Below the pieces are notes generated by a model. The model searched no databases and was not told the origin of the DNA. It saw only the letters and a program-made list of their open reading frames with translations. This document shows, one piece after another, positions 50,417 through 63,449 of a stretch of 64,000 nucleotides of DNA. This stretch comes from Camelus dromedarius (lineage: Eukaryota), in assembly GCF_036321535.1 (NCBI RefSeq), contig NC_087447.1, positions 32,738,001 to 32,802,000 on the forward strand, read 5' to 3'. Every line of letters begins with the position of its first letter. Position 1 is the first letter of the stretch. The translations under genes were made by a program, and so were the position numbers.

Positions 50417-50841
50417 CCTCCTGCAATACTGTTAAATTCATTCATTAACTGAAGTAGAGGTCTTTTTCTTTTTGTAGATAACTGAGATTTTCTACACAAA
50501 TGATATTTTGCTTGTAAAAAAATTATAGCTTTATTTCTTCCATTCCAATCTACATTATTGTGCTGGCTAGAATCTCCAGTTAACTTCTATTCAGCATAAT
50601 GTTGAATAGAAATCATGGGAATGGGCAAATTTGCCTTGTTCCAATCTGAGAAGGAATGCATTGTCTCTCACTGTTGAGCATAGTGTTACCTAAGATATTT
50701 CATACATGCTCCAAATCAGTTTGAGGATCTTCCTGAGGTTTTTTTTTTTAATTTTATTTTATTCTTGTTTGTTTGTTTTATCACGAGTAAGTGACAAGTT
50801 TTGTCAGATTGGGTTATGCTGGCTAAATAAAACAAGTTGAG

Positions 50842-51101
50842 GGGGCAGGGGGTGGGAAAGGATAGACTGGGATTTCAAAATGTAGAACAGATAAACAAGA
50901 TTATACTGTATAGCACAGGGAAATATATACAAGATCTTATGGTAGCTCACAGAGAAAAAAATGTCATAATTAATATATATGTTCATGTATAACTGAAAAA
51001 TTGTGCTCTACACTGGAATTTGACACAACATTGTAAAATGATTATAAATTAATAAAAAATGTTAAAAAAAAAAAAAGAATGGTCCAAAACTAAAAAAAAA
51101 A
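50842..51101 (+). mobile_element. Young 5'-truncated L1 3' UTR with two poly(A) tracts
   Basis: G-rich start, tactgtatagcacagggaaatatatacaa, aataaa then A tail; TSD aagttgag at 50834-50841 and 51102-51109. Confidence 0.9.
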
Positions 51102-52789
51102 AAGTTGAGAAATGTTCCCTCAACTTTAATTTTCTGAAAAAGTTTGTAAAGGTTGATATTATTTAATCCTTAAATTTACTCCTTAAATGTTCAATGAATT
51201 CACAATGAAGACACCTGAGGCTGGAGTTGTAAATGTTATTTTTAAGAAAATTTGAAATTATGAACTCAATTTATTTTTTATTTCTTTTTATTGATTTTAG
51301 TAATTTATCTCTCTCAAGAAATTTCATTTTTTGTCAAAATAATTGACATAAATATCTCAAGATATTTTCTTATCTCTTTAATATACAATATCCATTTAAT
51401 ATATAATCTTTTGGATTTGTAATAGTGTCACTTTATTTCTGGCTTGTATTGTTAACTTGTGTTCTCTTTCTTACTATATAAAGATAGGGATTTTGCTATT
51501 TGTATTAATCATTTCAAAAAACAAAGTCTTTATTTTAAAAAAAGAAAAACAGTTTTTCTACTTTATAGTTTAGTAATTTCTGCTCCTATCTTTATTATTT
51601 CCTGTGTTACTTTGCTTTGGATTTACGTTGCTCTTCCGTTGCTAACTTTTCATTGTGGAATGACTTATTTTCCATCTTTTTTCTTTTCTGTTATAAGCCT
51701 TTTTTCGAGCTATGGATTTCCATTTAAACACTGCTTTAGCTTCATCTTACAAAACTTTGTATCATGTTTGCATTAAAATTCAGGTCAAAATATATTCTAA
51801 TTTCTTTGTTAACTTCTTGGAACTAAGGATTATTTAGAAGTATTACTTAATTTTCTAGTATTTGGATAAATTTCCATGCATCCTTCTGGTACTAGTTTTT
51901 CATTTGATTCTCTGTTTCAACCTCTATTTAAATTTGCTGAGGCTCGCTTTATACCCTCGTATCTCTTCTGTGTGGCCAGTATTCTACAGACACATAAAAA
52001 GAATGGGTGTTTTGCCATTGGAAGGTAGAGTGTTTCATAAATATAGAGGGAGAATTGGTTGAGATTTTTCAAGTCTTCTTTAATCTTAACAATTTGTTTC
52101 TACTTTATCAACTGTTGGAAGAAAAGTTTTGAAATACCAATGATAACTATGCATTTGTCTATTTCTCGCACTAGTTCATTTAGCTTTTGCTTCATATATT
52201 TTGAAGTTCTGTTACTTGGTCTTTACACATTTTAGATTTCTGTGTCTTTTTTGATGACTAGGCTCTTTTATCATTATAAAATATCACTTTCTGGGTTTAG
52301 GAATACTTTTTTTTCCTGCATTCTAATTTGTCTAGTATTCATGAGACTGCTCCAGTTTTCTTATGCTTTAGTTTCCCATTATTAATTAATTTCCCTGATT
52401 CATCTTTTTTTATCCTTTTATTTTTACCCTGTATTTTGAAATTTGAAGTGCATTTCTCATTTTTCTTAAAGCACATGACCATCTCTCTTTTGAATTTTTT
52501 TCATTAAACCATATTTTAGTATTCTTTGTTATCTTCTCTATTTGGTTATTAGCCACATTCGCCTTTTTTTAAAGTTGCTCTTAAAATATACATCTTTAAT
52601 TAACCACAATCTACTTTCAAAAAATATTATACCACTTTGCATGTAATATGGGATACTTATTGCAGCATCCTTCCATTTTCCCCTCTAGTTTTTTGTGCTT
52701 TTATTGTCATACCTCTACTTAAGCTATTAACCCTACAACATATTATTACTCTTTTTATTTTAAATAGTCAATTACTTTTAGTGACATGA

Positions 52790-52935
52790 AAAATTTATAT
52801 TTACCTGTTCATATATTTTACATATTTATATAAACATACATTATATAAACTTATACATTTATATAAACTTATATAAAACTTATACATATTTATATAAACT
52901 TGTACATTATATAATATTTTATATATAACTTTATG
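52790..52935. repeat. Degenerate AT-rich minisatellite
   Basis: Several imperfect copies of tatataaacttatacat. Confidence 0.7.
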
Positions 52936-55030
52936 TGCATGCCTATGTGTAGATAAGTTCTCATATAGTTTCATTTACCTTTAAAGAAAACACTCACATA
53001 TGACACACTCATATAATTCCAACCTACAAAATAGTTGCAAAGATTGTGCAAATGCTTTTTTTTTTATTTCTCTGAGCAATTTGGAGTATAAGTTGCTGAA
53101 TATAAAATTCCAAGTTTACAGTTTTTTGTTTGTTAGCACTTTAAGGTTGTCAGTTCATAGTTTTTTGTTTGTTTGTTTGTTTGTTTGTTTTTTGCTCTTT
53201 TGCATTGTTTCCGATGAATAGTTAGCTCTCATTCTTATCATTTTGCCAATGGATATAATATGGTTTTTTTTTCCCCTAATGAGAGTTTAATTCCACTACT
53301 ATCGACTCCCATAGTAGTAACATCTCATATCTAATTCAGAATTCTGGATTATTCAGATGAAAAATCCACCTCAGTTTCTGTGTATCTCATTACCATGTCC
53401 CGGGACTTACCCCTAGTGAGCTGAGAAGCAGACTTGGTTAGTGGCAATGGCAGTGAAGACCATCTCCATTTTCACATGCTTGAGATGTTGCCTGTGTAGT
53501 GTTCATACACACAATCCAGAACAGACCTACAAGTGAATATAAATATGTATCTGTCTGTTGGGCAGTGATGTACCAAAGGGAGGCATTGGAGCATTTGCCC
53601 CAAGGAAAGGAGTAGTTTTTCACTGACTTTCACTTTTCTTTAAGATGGATGGTACATTGAGATAATAAAAGGTACTTTTAGTCAACTTCACTATCATGTG
53701 TAAATGATGTACAAGCAAAGAATCCTCTTACTGCCAGTTTTCCCTCCCTTGGCTTGCCACCACTGTCAGGTGCCCTCTAGTGCCTTCTTCAGACATTTGC
53801 TTTTGGAAATGATTCTCATACAATTATCTCAGCTCTGACCATGATCACAGAATACTAATACACATATTTAGAACAGAGAAAGTATTTCTGAGTCTTTAGA
53901 AAGAAGTGTAACTAGGACAACAATGGTTAGCATCTCTACAAAACTTTCTGGTGAAGAAAAGGAAATTGGCTCAGATAGGTTAACAGCTATTCCTCATCAG
54001 TCAAAGTTTTGAAAATGGATTTAAGCCCAGATATGGATAGTTTCCAAAGTTTGTATTCCTAAAGCAGAGTCTGTGTGACATTTCTCAAACCCCAGTTCCT
54101 GTGAAATCCCAACCATGTCTTTAATCTTTAAGGCTCTTGGTTTCCACTCCTGTGAGACAATATTATTATCAAGTGTCTCATAGATCCCACAGAAATCAGA
54201 TGAAATAAGGTAAAAACCTTAATATAGGGCATGAATTTTTCAGTGGTTCTCAACCAAGATTGGTTTTTCTTTAGTTTGTGCATTCCAGGATCAATGTCTG
54301 GATTGATGGGAACAAATGGGACAAGCTTGCTGTCTGATCACTGCCAAGGTCTTTTGCTTTTTCTCCTAAATGCATTTGCAAAGTATTTCTTCAATCTGTC
54401 TCTATTTTCTAAGCAGGCACATAGTATCAAGCATCTTTAATTGTTTCAAATAAGGAGGCTTCTTCGGAATTTATTTATGCAGTATTAGAAATCTCAAATA
54501 ACTTCCCCCCCCCCCAGTTTTAATGAAATTTAATTGACATATAATACTGTGTAAGTATAAAGTGTACAATGTGTTGATTTAATACTCATATATTAAGAAA
54601 TAATTACCCCATAGGAGGGCTAGTTAACACTTCCATCACCTCATGTGATTATCATTTATTTCTTGTGGTGAAAACATTTACAATCAACTCTCTTAGCAAC
54701 TTCAAGTATTTAATGCAATATGGTTAACTATAATCACCATACTGAATATTTGAACTTTTCATCTTATACTGTCAAGTTTATACCCTTTGTCCAGTGTCTC
54801 CTCATTTCCCCCACCTTCCAGCCCCTGGCAACCACCATTCTACTCACTGCTTTTGTGAAGTTGGACCTTTTCAAATTCCTCATATAGGTGAGATCATACA
54901 CTATTTGTCTTCCTATGCCTCACTTATTTCACTTAGCATGATAACCTCAAGGTTCATCTGTGTTGTCACAAAATACAGGATTTCCTTCTTTCTCATGACT
55001 GAATAATATTCCATTGTGTGTAGATATGTA

Positions 55031-55248
55031 CAGTTGACCCCTCAACAATTCAAAGGTTAGGGATGCCAATCCCCCAGCACTCAAAAAATCTCAGTATAAC
55101 TTTATAGCCAGCCCTCCTTATCTGTGGTTCTGTTCACGCAGATTCAACCAAGTGTGGATTGTGCAGTACTATAGTACATATTTATTGAGAAAAATCTGCT
55201 ATAAGTAGATCCATGTAGTTCAAACCCGTGTTATTCAAGGACCAACTC
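55031..55248. mobile_element. Tigger2-derived MITE
   Basis: Inverted termini cagttgacccctcaacaa / ttattcaaggaccaactc, with TA on both sides (55029-30, 55249-50). Confidence 0.9.
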
Positions 55249-55748
55249 TATACATAGATCTATGGATATATGTCTCACATCTTCTTTATCCACTCATCTG
55301 TAAGTAGACACTTGGGTTGTTTCCATATCTTGACTACTGTGAATAAGCTGCAATAAACTTGAGAGTGTGAATACCTCTTGGAGGTCCTGACTTTATTTCC
55401 TTTAGATATATAGCCAGAAGTGGGACTGCTGAATCATACGGTAGTATAGTTTGAATTTCTTGAGAAACCTCCATGCTGTTTTCCATAGTGGCTGTACCAG
55501 TTTATGCTCCCACCAACAATGTACAGGGTACCCTTTTCTCTACATTCTTGCCACCCTTTTTATCTCTTGTCTTTTTAATGATAGCTATTCTAACTAACAG
55601 GCATGAGGTGATATCTCACTGTGGTTTTGATTTGCAGTTCCCTGATGATTAGTAATGTCAAGCATCTTTTCATGTACCTGTTGTCCATGTGTATGTCTTC
55701 CTCTTAAAAGTGTCTATTCAGATCCTCTGGCCTTTTATCAGTTAGATT

Positions 55749-55750
<2 letters not shown>

Positions 55751-55795
<45 letters not shown>
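55751..55795. repeat. (GAT)15 microsatellite
   Basis: 45 bp perfect run read directly. Confidence 0.97.
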
Positions 55796-55798
<3 letters not shown>

Positions 55799-56744
55799 TG
55801 TTACTGAGTTATATGAATTTCTTATACATTTTGGATATTAACCCCTTCTCAAGTATATGATTTGAAAATATTTTTTCTCATTTCATAGATTGCTTTTTCA
55901 TTCTACTGATTATTTCCTTCACTATGAAGAGCTTTTTAGTTTGGTGTAGTAGTAGTCCCAGTAATTTTTTTTTTTTTTTTTGCTTTTGTTGCTTGTGCTT
56001 TGAGTGTCATATCAAAAGCAGTCATTACCAGGATCAATATCAAGGAGATTTGTCCCTGTGCTTTCTTCTAGGAGTTTCAGGCTTTCACTTCTCATTTCAA
56101 GTCTTTAATCCATTTCAAATTCATCTTTAACTTGAAACTGGTATAAAATAGGGGTACAATTTATTATTCTGCATGTGACTTAGTTTTGCCAGCACCACTT
56201 AATGAAGAGAATATGCTTTCACCATTGAGTAGTCTTTGCTCCCCTGTCAAATATTGGTTGATTGTATACGTGAAGATTTATTTCTGGGCTCTTGTTGTGT
56301 TCCATGGGTCTATGTGTCTATTTTCATGCCAGTTCCATACTGTTTTGATTACTACATCTTTGTAACATAGTTTGAAATCAGGAAGTGCGATGCCTCAAGT
56401 ATTGTTCTTTCACTGGGTTGTGTTGGCCATTCAGAGTCTTTTGTGGTTCCATACAAATTTTAGAATATTTTTTCTGTGAAAAATGCCATTGGAATTTTGA
56501 TAGGGATTTCTTTGGTTCTATAAATGACTTCCAATAGTATGCAGATTTTAACAATTAATTCTTCTGATTTATGAACATGGACTTTTTTCCATTAACTTGT
56601 GTCTTCAGTTTCTTTCATCATTGTCTTCCAGTTTTCAGTGTTTATTATCCTGTTTGACCAATAGCTAAAAAGCATTTGAAAAAAGAGAAGAGAGAAAGAC
56701 ATCATGACTCCAAAAAACAAAGAAACAAAATAACAAGCAAGGTC

Positions 56745-57560
56745 CCAAGAACTCCAGTACAATGTTGATTAAATGTTATAACAATGAACATTGTTGATTT
56801 GTTCCCAAATTCAAGTGGAAAATATACACTATTTTTTTATTGTAAGATATTAGCTGTAGGTTTTTTGATAGATATTCTCTATCAGATTAAAGAACTTCCC
56901 ATCGAGTCAATTTTACTGAGAATTTTTTTTAATTCATAAGCAGGTATTAAATTTTATTTTCAAAGCATCTTCTGCATATATTGAGATGACCATATTTTTT
57001 TTGCCCCTATTTTTTTCCCTTTAAAGTAGTGAATTGCACTGAGTGATTTTTCAAATGTTAAACTAATCTTGCATTCTCAGAATAAATCCCACTTAGTCAT
57101 AATGTATTTGCCTTTTTATAAATGCTGGAATTTCATATGTAATATTTTAAGGATTTTTGTGTGTATGTTTTAGCTTTTTGAGATAAATGCTTATTGATAT
57201 TTCATCTGTTCTTTTCTAATAGGCATTTAAAGCTATAAATTTCCCACTGGGAACTGATTTATACCACTATGTCACATTTTCATTATTTTATAATAATTTT
57301 ATAATATCATATAATTTTCCTTTTGATTTCCTCTTTCATCCATGGGTAATTTAGAAGTATTTTGCTTTAATTTTAAACATTTGAATATTTTCTTTTTATC
57401 TTTCTGTTACTGAAGTTCAGTTTAATTTCACTGTGGTCAGAGAATATATTCTATGATTTATCTTTAAAATATTTAAGCCTTCGTTTATATCACAGCATTT
57501 AATCTTTTTTGATAAATATTAGTGATAAAGATTATTGATATTTTAAGTTTAGAAAGATAA
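56745..57560 (-). mobile_element. Old antisense L1 ORF2 fragment(s)
   Basis: aagaactccagtacaatgttga, cttgcattctcagaataaatcccacttagtcat, gcatttaaagctataaatttccc, tttcactgtggtcagagaa. Confidence 0.75.
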
Positions 57561-57684
57561 ATTTCAGTAGTGATTTCTGACTGATTTCAGAATATCGTAC
57601 TCTTCAATTAGGTTAAGTAGAAGACCAGTAAAAATGTTTACAAGTATAACATACAAGTTGAGTGTTTTATACGATGAGCTAGAG

Positions 57685-57868
57685 CAGGTCTCTCAATCCC
57701 ACATAATTCTTTGTTTGGATGGCTGTCCTGTACACTTTGCAGTATCTTTGCCTCTACTCATTAGATGAAGTAGCAGTTTTCTGTTCCCCAATGTGACAAG
57801 CAAATGTGTCTCTAGACATTGCCCAATGTCCCCTGAGGGGCAAAATCATCTCCAGTTGAAAACCACTG
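57685..57868 (+). mobile_element. hAT-Charlie MITE, MER20-like
   Basis: gtgacaagcaaatgtgtctctagacattgcccaatgtcccctgaggggcaaaatcatctccagttgaaaaccactg; TSD agctagag / agctatac. Confidence 0.85.
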
Positions 57869-58358
57869 AGCTATACAAAGAAACATGAGCATGCTTTTAT
57901 AAAATCAGTGTACCTATGTAGATAGATATATTTTTATTATAAAATAATCTGTGTTTTACTGAAAGAGCATGGCTGCATGTCCAACAATAGGTGTTATTTC
58001 TGGTTGAAGATGTGTTCAATAATACATGCATGCCAGGGCAGAGAAATAAGCAAATTGAAAATATTTTTAAATAAAAACCATTTTTTTCTGTCATAACAAG
58101 ATCTAGAATTCAAGATAACATAAAAATTAAGAGGAATGACTGTTGATCTCCAAATAAAAATAAATGCTATAAAAGAAAGAGAGCATGGAAACCAAACATT
58201 AGAAAAAAATCTGATCATACAGAGTATTTCTCTATATCAGTTTTGCATGAAAGATTTGGTCCTCTCAAAACAAACCATTCATAGTGAGTTTATGAACAAA
58301 TTAAAAGCATGATTGTACTAGCATATACTTAATCACAAAGACTGTATAGCAATTTCTT

Positions 58359-59110
58359 TTTGTTAATTGAAATATAATTGATATACAACATTATATTTGT
58401 TTCAGCTGTACAGCAATGATTTGACATATGTATACTTTGTGAAATGATCACCACAATAAATCTAGTTACCATCTGTCACCATACAAAGTTGCAGAATGCT
58501 TTTTTTTTCTTGTGACAAAAACTTCCAAGATTTGCTTTCTGAGCAACTTTTAAGTCTGCAATACAATATTATTGATATAGTCATCCTGCTGCACATTACA
58601 TCCTCATGACTTATTTATTATATAACTGGAAGTTTGCAACTCTTAATTCCTTTCACCCATTTCACCCCCTCCCCAACACCCCTCCGCTCTGGCAACCACC
58701 AATCTGTTCTCTGTATCCGTGAGTTTTTGTTTTGTTGTTTTTGTTTGTCTGTTTGGTTTTTTAGATTTCACATATGAGTGAAATCATATGATACTTGTCT
58801 TTCTCTGTTTGTCTTATTTCACTTAGCATTTCAAGTTCCATCCTTGTTGCAAATGACAAAATTTAATTCTTTCTATGTCTGAATAGTATTCCATTGTATA
58901 TATACACCACATCTTTATCCATCTGTCCACTGATGAACACTTAGGTTGTTTCCATATCTTGGCTAGTGTAAATAATGCTGCAAAGAACATAGGTGTACAT
59001 ATTTTTTTAAATTAGTTTTTTTTTCCAATAAATTTCCAGAAGTAGGATTGAGGAACCTTCATACTGTTTTCCAATTTACATTCCTGATTAACATTCCTCT
59101 GACAGGTTCA
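58359..59110 (-). mobile_element. 5'-truncated L1 3' end
   Basis: aattgatatacaacattatat, gtgaaatgatcaccacaataa, ctctggcaaccaccaatctgttctctgtatc; perfect 11-bp TSD agcaatttctt at 58348-58358 and 59111-59121. Confidence 0.9.
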
Positions 59111-60993
59111 AGCAATTTCTTAATTACTAAACAATATCTGTATAATCTTGGTAATATGTCCTAAGCTCTCCTTCTTGAAGTCCTACATTCGAAAAGAGAG
59201 CATTTGATTTCTATTCAATATGCAACATATGAAAATGCTCCAACAGCTGTAAAACGTCAAACATAGGCCAGGGTTCTTATGTGTCATGGGTGGGATCCAT
59301 GTGATGCACTGTGTTCTACATCCTGTGCCTAGGCAGGTACCACAATTCAATGTGCCTCTGTTTCCCACTGAGCCTAGATGTTTCCTCTGAATCCTTTTCA
59401 ACAGAAGAATCAAGGAAGCTATCATGAACAGACTGGAATGAAAATACTCTGTCTTCCCTGATTCCTTGCATATGGCCTTTAGATTCTTCTCTTCACATTC
59501 CACTTCCACTCATTTATTCAGTGATCTTCAAGAGGAATTAAGGGGAACGGGCATCCACTGACACTTTCCAACAACAGAGTTCGCTGTTTGAGAATACAAG
59601 GCGGCCTGCCATGTTGGTGTGTCAGGGCTTGGGAACCCTGTTCTGAACAGTGACTTAGCTACTGCATCTGGGAGACAAACTGATTTCTGAATATGAATCC
59701 ACTCTTCTGGTCAGAGGCTAAAATATTTGCCCAAATTCAAAAATAACTTTCCTAGGTATGTGAACTATGGATGCCAACTGTGGAAACACCTGTTTGTCTT
59801 GGCACAAGTAGATTGTGTAGTCCAGTATCACACAAAATCATCCAGTTTACAAACAGGATCAACAGCAATGTGTATGCAGACTCAGAGCACCTCCAACAGG
59901 AAGAAAAGAAATGTTGGAAAAGTGACTCAGAGATGAGTATATCTAGGTAGCTTCCCCTGACAGAAAGCCAGTTGCATGTGAGGAAGCGGTGGGAAGAAAG
60001 CTAAGATTAAAGAGAGACAAAGCAAAAAACCCAAGTTTTGCTTCAAATCAGTGCAAAGTCTTTATTTAAGAATCATCGTAAACCTGCATTCCTGTATCTT
60101 GATACTCCTTTTTCTCATTTTGCTATGGATGTATCTCCTTCTTCAAGAAATACAAGCTCAGAAAATAGCTTATAGTTTGTCATGGAAATGACAAATTGAT
60201 AAGAGCCCCAGAGCACTTTCATGTTGTGAGGTAAAAGGCAATTATGCATTATTCCAAAATAACTACAGCTGCTAAGAATTGAGGAAGTAATACCTAAATG
60301 ACTGTGGAAAATAAACGGGGAGAATTGTGAACTTTTTAATGTGGCGTTTTCAGCGAGCTCAAGTTATAAATATCAGCAAACGTTCTACCCTGCTTGGCTG
60401 CATTCCTCTAGTGCAATTTGTTTAGTGCTTTGAGATATGAGACAGCCATATATTTTACTCTCACTGCTAGTAGCCAATTTGCAAGAAAGCAAGTAATATA
60501 AAAATGGCTATTTACTCTGTTACACGTGGTACAGTCCATTATCACTCTCCACCGATGTCGTTACAAGGATAGCAAATCAATAATCAGTTTTCATTCCCTG
60601 ACTCAGTAAACCATCTGCTTCCACGATTGGAAACCTCGTTCAGTTTGGACGCAACCTTTACTGCTGTGCTGGAAGCTGATTCATTTGATAAGACCACAAA
60701 CATCACCACAGGAAAATTTTTTTTTAATTACCTTTCTCTAAAACCTAAATGGTAAAGTGCTAGGGAGTTCCTTTGCCATAGGGGAAACCAACATTACAAG
60801 GCATTGTAAGTGTATCAGCAAAGAGGAGGACCTTGTCTAAACTGTCAAATGACGGAGTCCATCTCACACTTTTCTTCTTTTCAGCTGTTTCTGAAATAAG
60901 ATTGTCGAAGTAGACATGGGCTCGCTGTGGGAAGCCTCCGGTTAGATATTTTATCACAGCCTCCAGGACTAATTCTGGAGCAGCGACTTAGGT

Positions 60994-61582
60994 TGAAGCT
61001 GAGGGTCATCATCAGTTAGATCCATTACACCTGTCACCTGCCTTCACCGATCACGCCCCCTTTAATTGTTTTTTTTTTTTTTACAAAACCCTGCATGTCC
61101 TCTAAGCGTCATGGAACCTAAACAATAAGGTGTTTGCCCATTTTTTTTTCAAAGAAGTTAGAGTCAACTGTATCCAGTTCGAGTTCAAGCTGGTTAAGAC
61201 CGGTTAAGACCACCAAGCCTCCAAATGAGCAGGCAGGGGTCCAGTTGGTGATAAGTTGATGTCAGAGGGCCAAAACCCCGCCCTCAGAGCAGGTGAACGC
61301 TATTTTCCGAGCATGTGTCCCGTGAAGAAACTGTAGCGTGGTTGCATCTGTGCAGAACAAGGATTACCTCACCTTGTTCTTACCGCCAATCACCTTTCCC
61401 GACGTCCCCCACGCCTCAGCTTCAGCCCATACATATCTCAAGCCCCGCCTCCCAGGAAGCGGATCTGAGATTTGTTCTCCTGGCTCGGCTGCCTTGCGAA
61501 TACACCTTTTCTCTGCTGCAAACCTCAGCGTCTCAGCGTTTGGCTTGCTGAACACTGGGCAAGCGTACCTGGTTTGGAAACA
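60994..61582 (+). mobile_element. ERV1 (MER4-group-like) solo LTR
   Basis: tg...aca termini with 4-bp near-TSD aggt / agat; internal gatgtcagagggccaaaaccccgccctcag; decayed poly(A) signal aatacac; left boundary tentative. Confidence 0.65.
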
Positions 61583-62212
61583 AGATTATGCACGCAGTCC
61601 CGAAAACTGAGCTGGAAATTGTTGGATACATTGCAGGTAAAAATTTTAATGGCCCCAAGCCCAAGTGTCTAAAATAATTTATTTGTTTTGTGTAACTCAG
61701 CTTTGGTGATTCTAAGCTTCCATTCTGCTAGATACAGGAAACGTCAACTCGTAACTTCCAAGGAGGTTTACTAAAATTCTGTGTTTTCTTAGTTCATGTT
61801 TTAAATTCTGTCACTCTCACTGCCCACCCCTCCCTCCACACCCAATCTTCCCCTTCCTCTTGCTGGGACTCACTACTAAGTTCTGAAGACGCTAACACCG
61901 ACATTGGAGGAAGGCATCTGTTTGAAACTTGCTATTCTGTTCTGTGTTAGACTCTTTTGTAGACCACCTGCCCCATCTTGTCTCAAGCGTGTCTCCTCAG
62001 GCAGGCAATACACAAACATGGGGATACAGGGGCACAGAGATGGGCTGACCTTTGTGGTTTTCTGTCAAGTTCCCCGCTCCTTTTCAGGCTCTCGTGGTCT
62101 GCAGGCCCCCTCTTCCAACTATCTTCTGCGTCCCTCTCCATAGATGGCGAGAAGACTCCATTGCTACTTTGTGTCTTTGGGCCTCTGGCGTAGGTGAAGT
62201 GTGAGCCCTGAC

Positions 62213-62699
62213 TGTTGCGTTTGTTTTCATAATGCAAGCGCCTGACCTAAGCTTTGATTGCAGAGGCATTCCCTTCAAAGATGGCCGTCTCCAGTAAACC
62301 TATTTCAAGCCACCCAACTAGATAAGGAGCCAGGGCACTTCCCCCACTGAGGATCCTTTTAGAGATCTTGGTTGATTTCAATAACTGACCATTTAGGCTA
62401 ATTTTTTTTTCTCTTCTTGCATTTTAAATTCCCACTCTTACATTGTGTTTTAACCAGTAAAGAGTGAGCCTACAAAACCCTAATCCCCCACCCTCAACCC
62501 TAGTAAAAGAACCCAGTCCTGTGCACACACTCTTTCTACCCACAACCTTGCTGTGTGGCCCCAGGTGTGCAGTGTGATTTCCAGGTCTTATAAGTAATCA
62601 ACTCCCCCCCCCCCCCCCCAGTTCCCTGATGGCTATTGCTTTATTGCTGAGGGGCATATTGAAATTGTAAGAATCACAGGGGCCGGTCACGCAGCAACG
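62213..62699 (+). mobile_element. ERVL-type solo LTR (MER73/MER74-like)
   Basis: Inverted termini tgttgc...gcaac(g); decayed 5-bp TSD ctgac / ttgat; tgtgtggccccaggtgtgc...ccaggtcttataagtaatcaac. Confidence 0.6.
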
Positions 62700-63449
62700 T
62701 TGATTATTGATAGTCTGAGACTGGCAGAAAACAGAACTGCAGGTGGATCCAGAGCAAAGCAGACACACTGCCCCTTCCATCCATAGCAGCCGTCTCTGTT
62801 CTATTGTTTTCCCATTAGTGTAACACAAAGGGCATTGGTACAGCTTCTGACTCGAGTTCCAGACAGGACCAGGGAGGCACGGGTCCTCTTTACACTGCCT
62901 CCTTGCATTGATCATAAGCTGTATTTGGAAGATAAAGACAGACCAGCAACTAGCCAGCACTCATCTCTCACCCAACTGCTTCTCTGCTCCCAGATCATGG
63001 AATCTCTCTGGTTAAGTGGTACGGAGCAGAAAAGATGGCAAAAACTAAGTCTTTATGCTCATGTATCTTTTCTAATACTTCCTGATTTATAACTGCTCAA
63101 GGATTTTGATTGTGGAAGTCAATAATTTCGAATGCTTATTCTGTTTCCCTCACTAACAATTCTTATGCATTAAGTGCCCTTCTTTTTAGATGCATGAAAG
63201 AGTTTCACCTGGAATTTAGGGAGTGTGAGAAAGAATAAGCTATTTAATACTTAGACCCCTGCTTCAGACAGAGTTAAGTTTTAATCTGTCACTTCTCTGT
63301 GACATCTCAGAACAAAGGATAGTCTTATCTTACTGTGGGTATTAAACTCAACTAGAACCAAGCAATTGTCCTTTCAACTGTGTCCTTTAGCAGATTATTT
63401 CCAGGGAAAGTCTGCATCTTTTCCTTCATTTTCTGGAGGGATCAGAAGC

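Larger units (their letters stand above)
48241..53280 (-). mobile_element. Long old antisense L1 (L1MB/MC-type, about 5 kb) with three nested insertions
   Basis: 3' end tttattaaggtataatttgcatgcagtgaaatgtacagatct; continuous antisense ORF2 motifs such as tggtatttcattgcggttctaatt, tcaaaaatcagttgacc, ttttgattgggattatgctgaatctatag. Confidence 0.85.
54505..56641 (-). mobile_element. L1 (L1MA9-like) 3' 2.1 kb with a nested Tigger MITE and (GAT)n
   Basis: aattgacatataatactgtgtaagtataaagtgtacaatgtgttgattt, cagcccctggcaaccaccattctact, gttttccatagtggctgtacc, tttgaaatcaggaagtgcgatgcctc. Confidence 0.9.
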
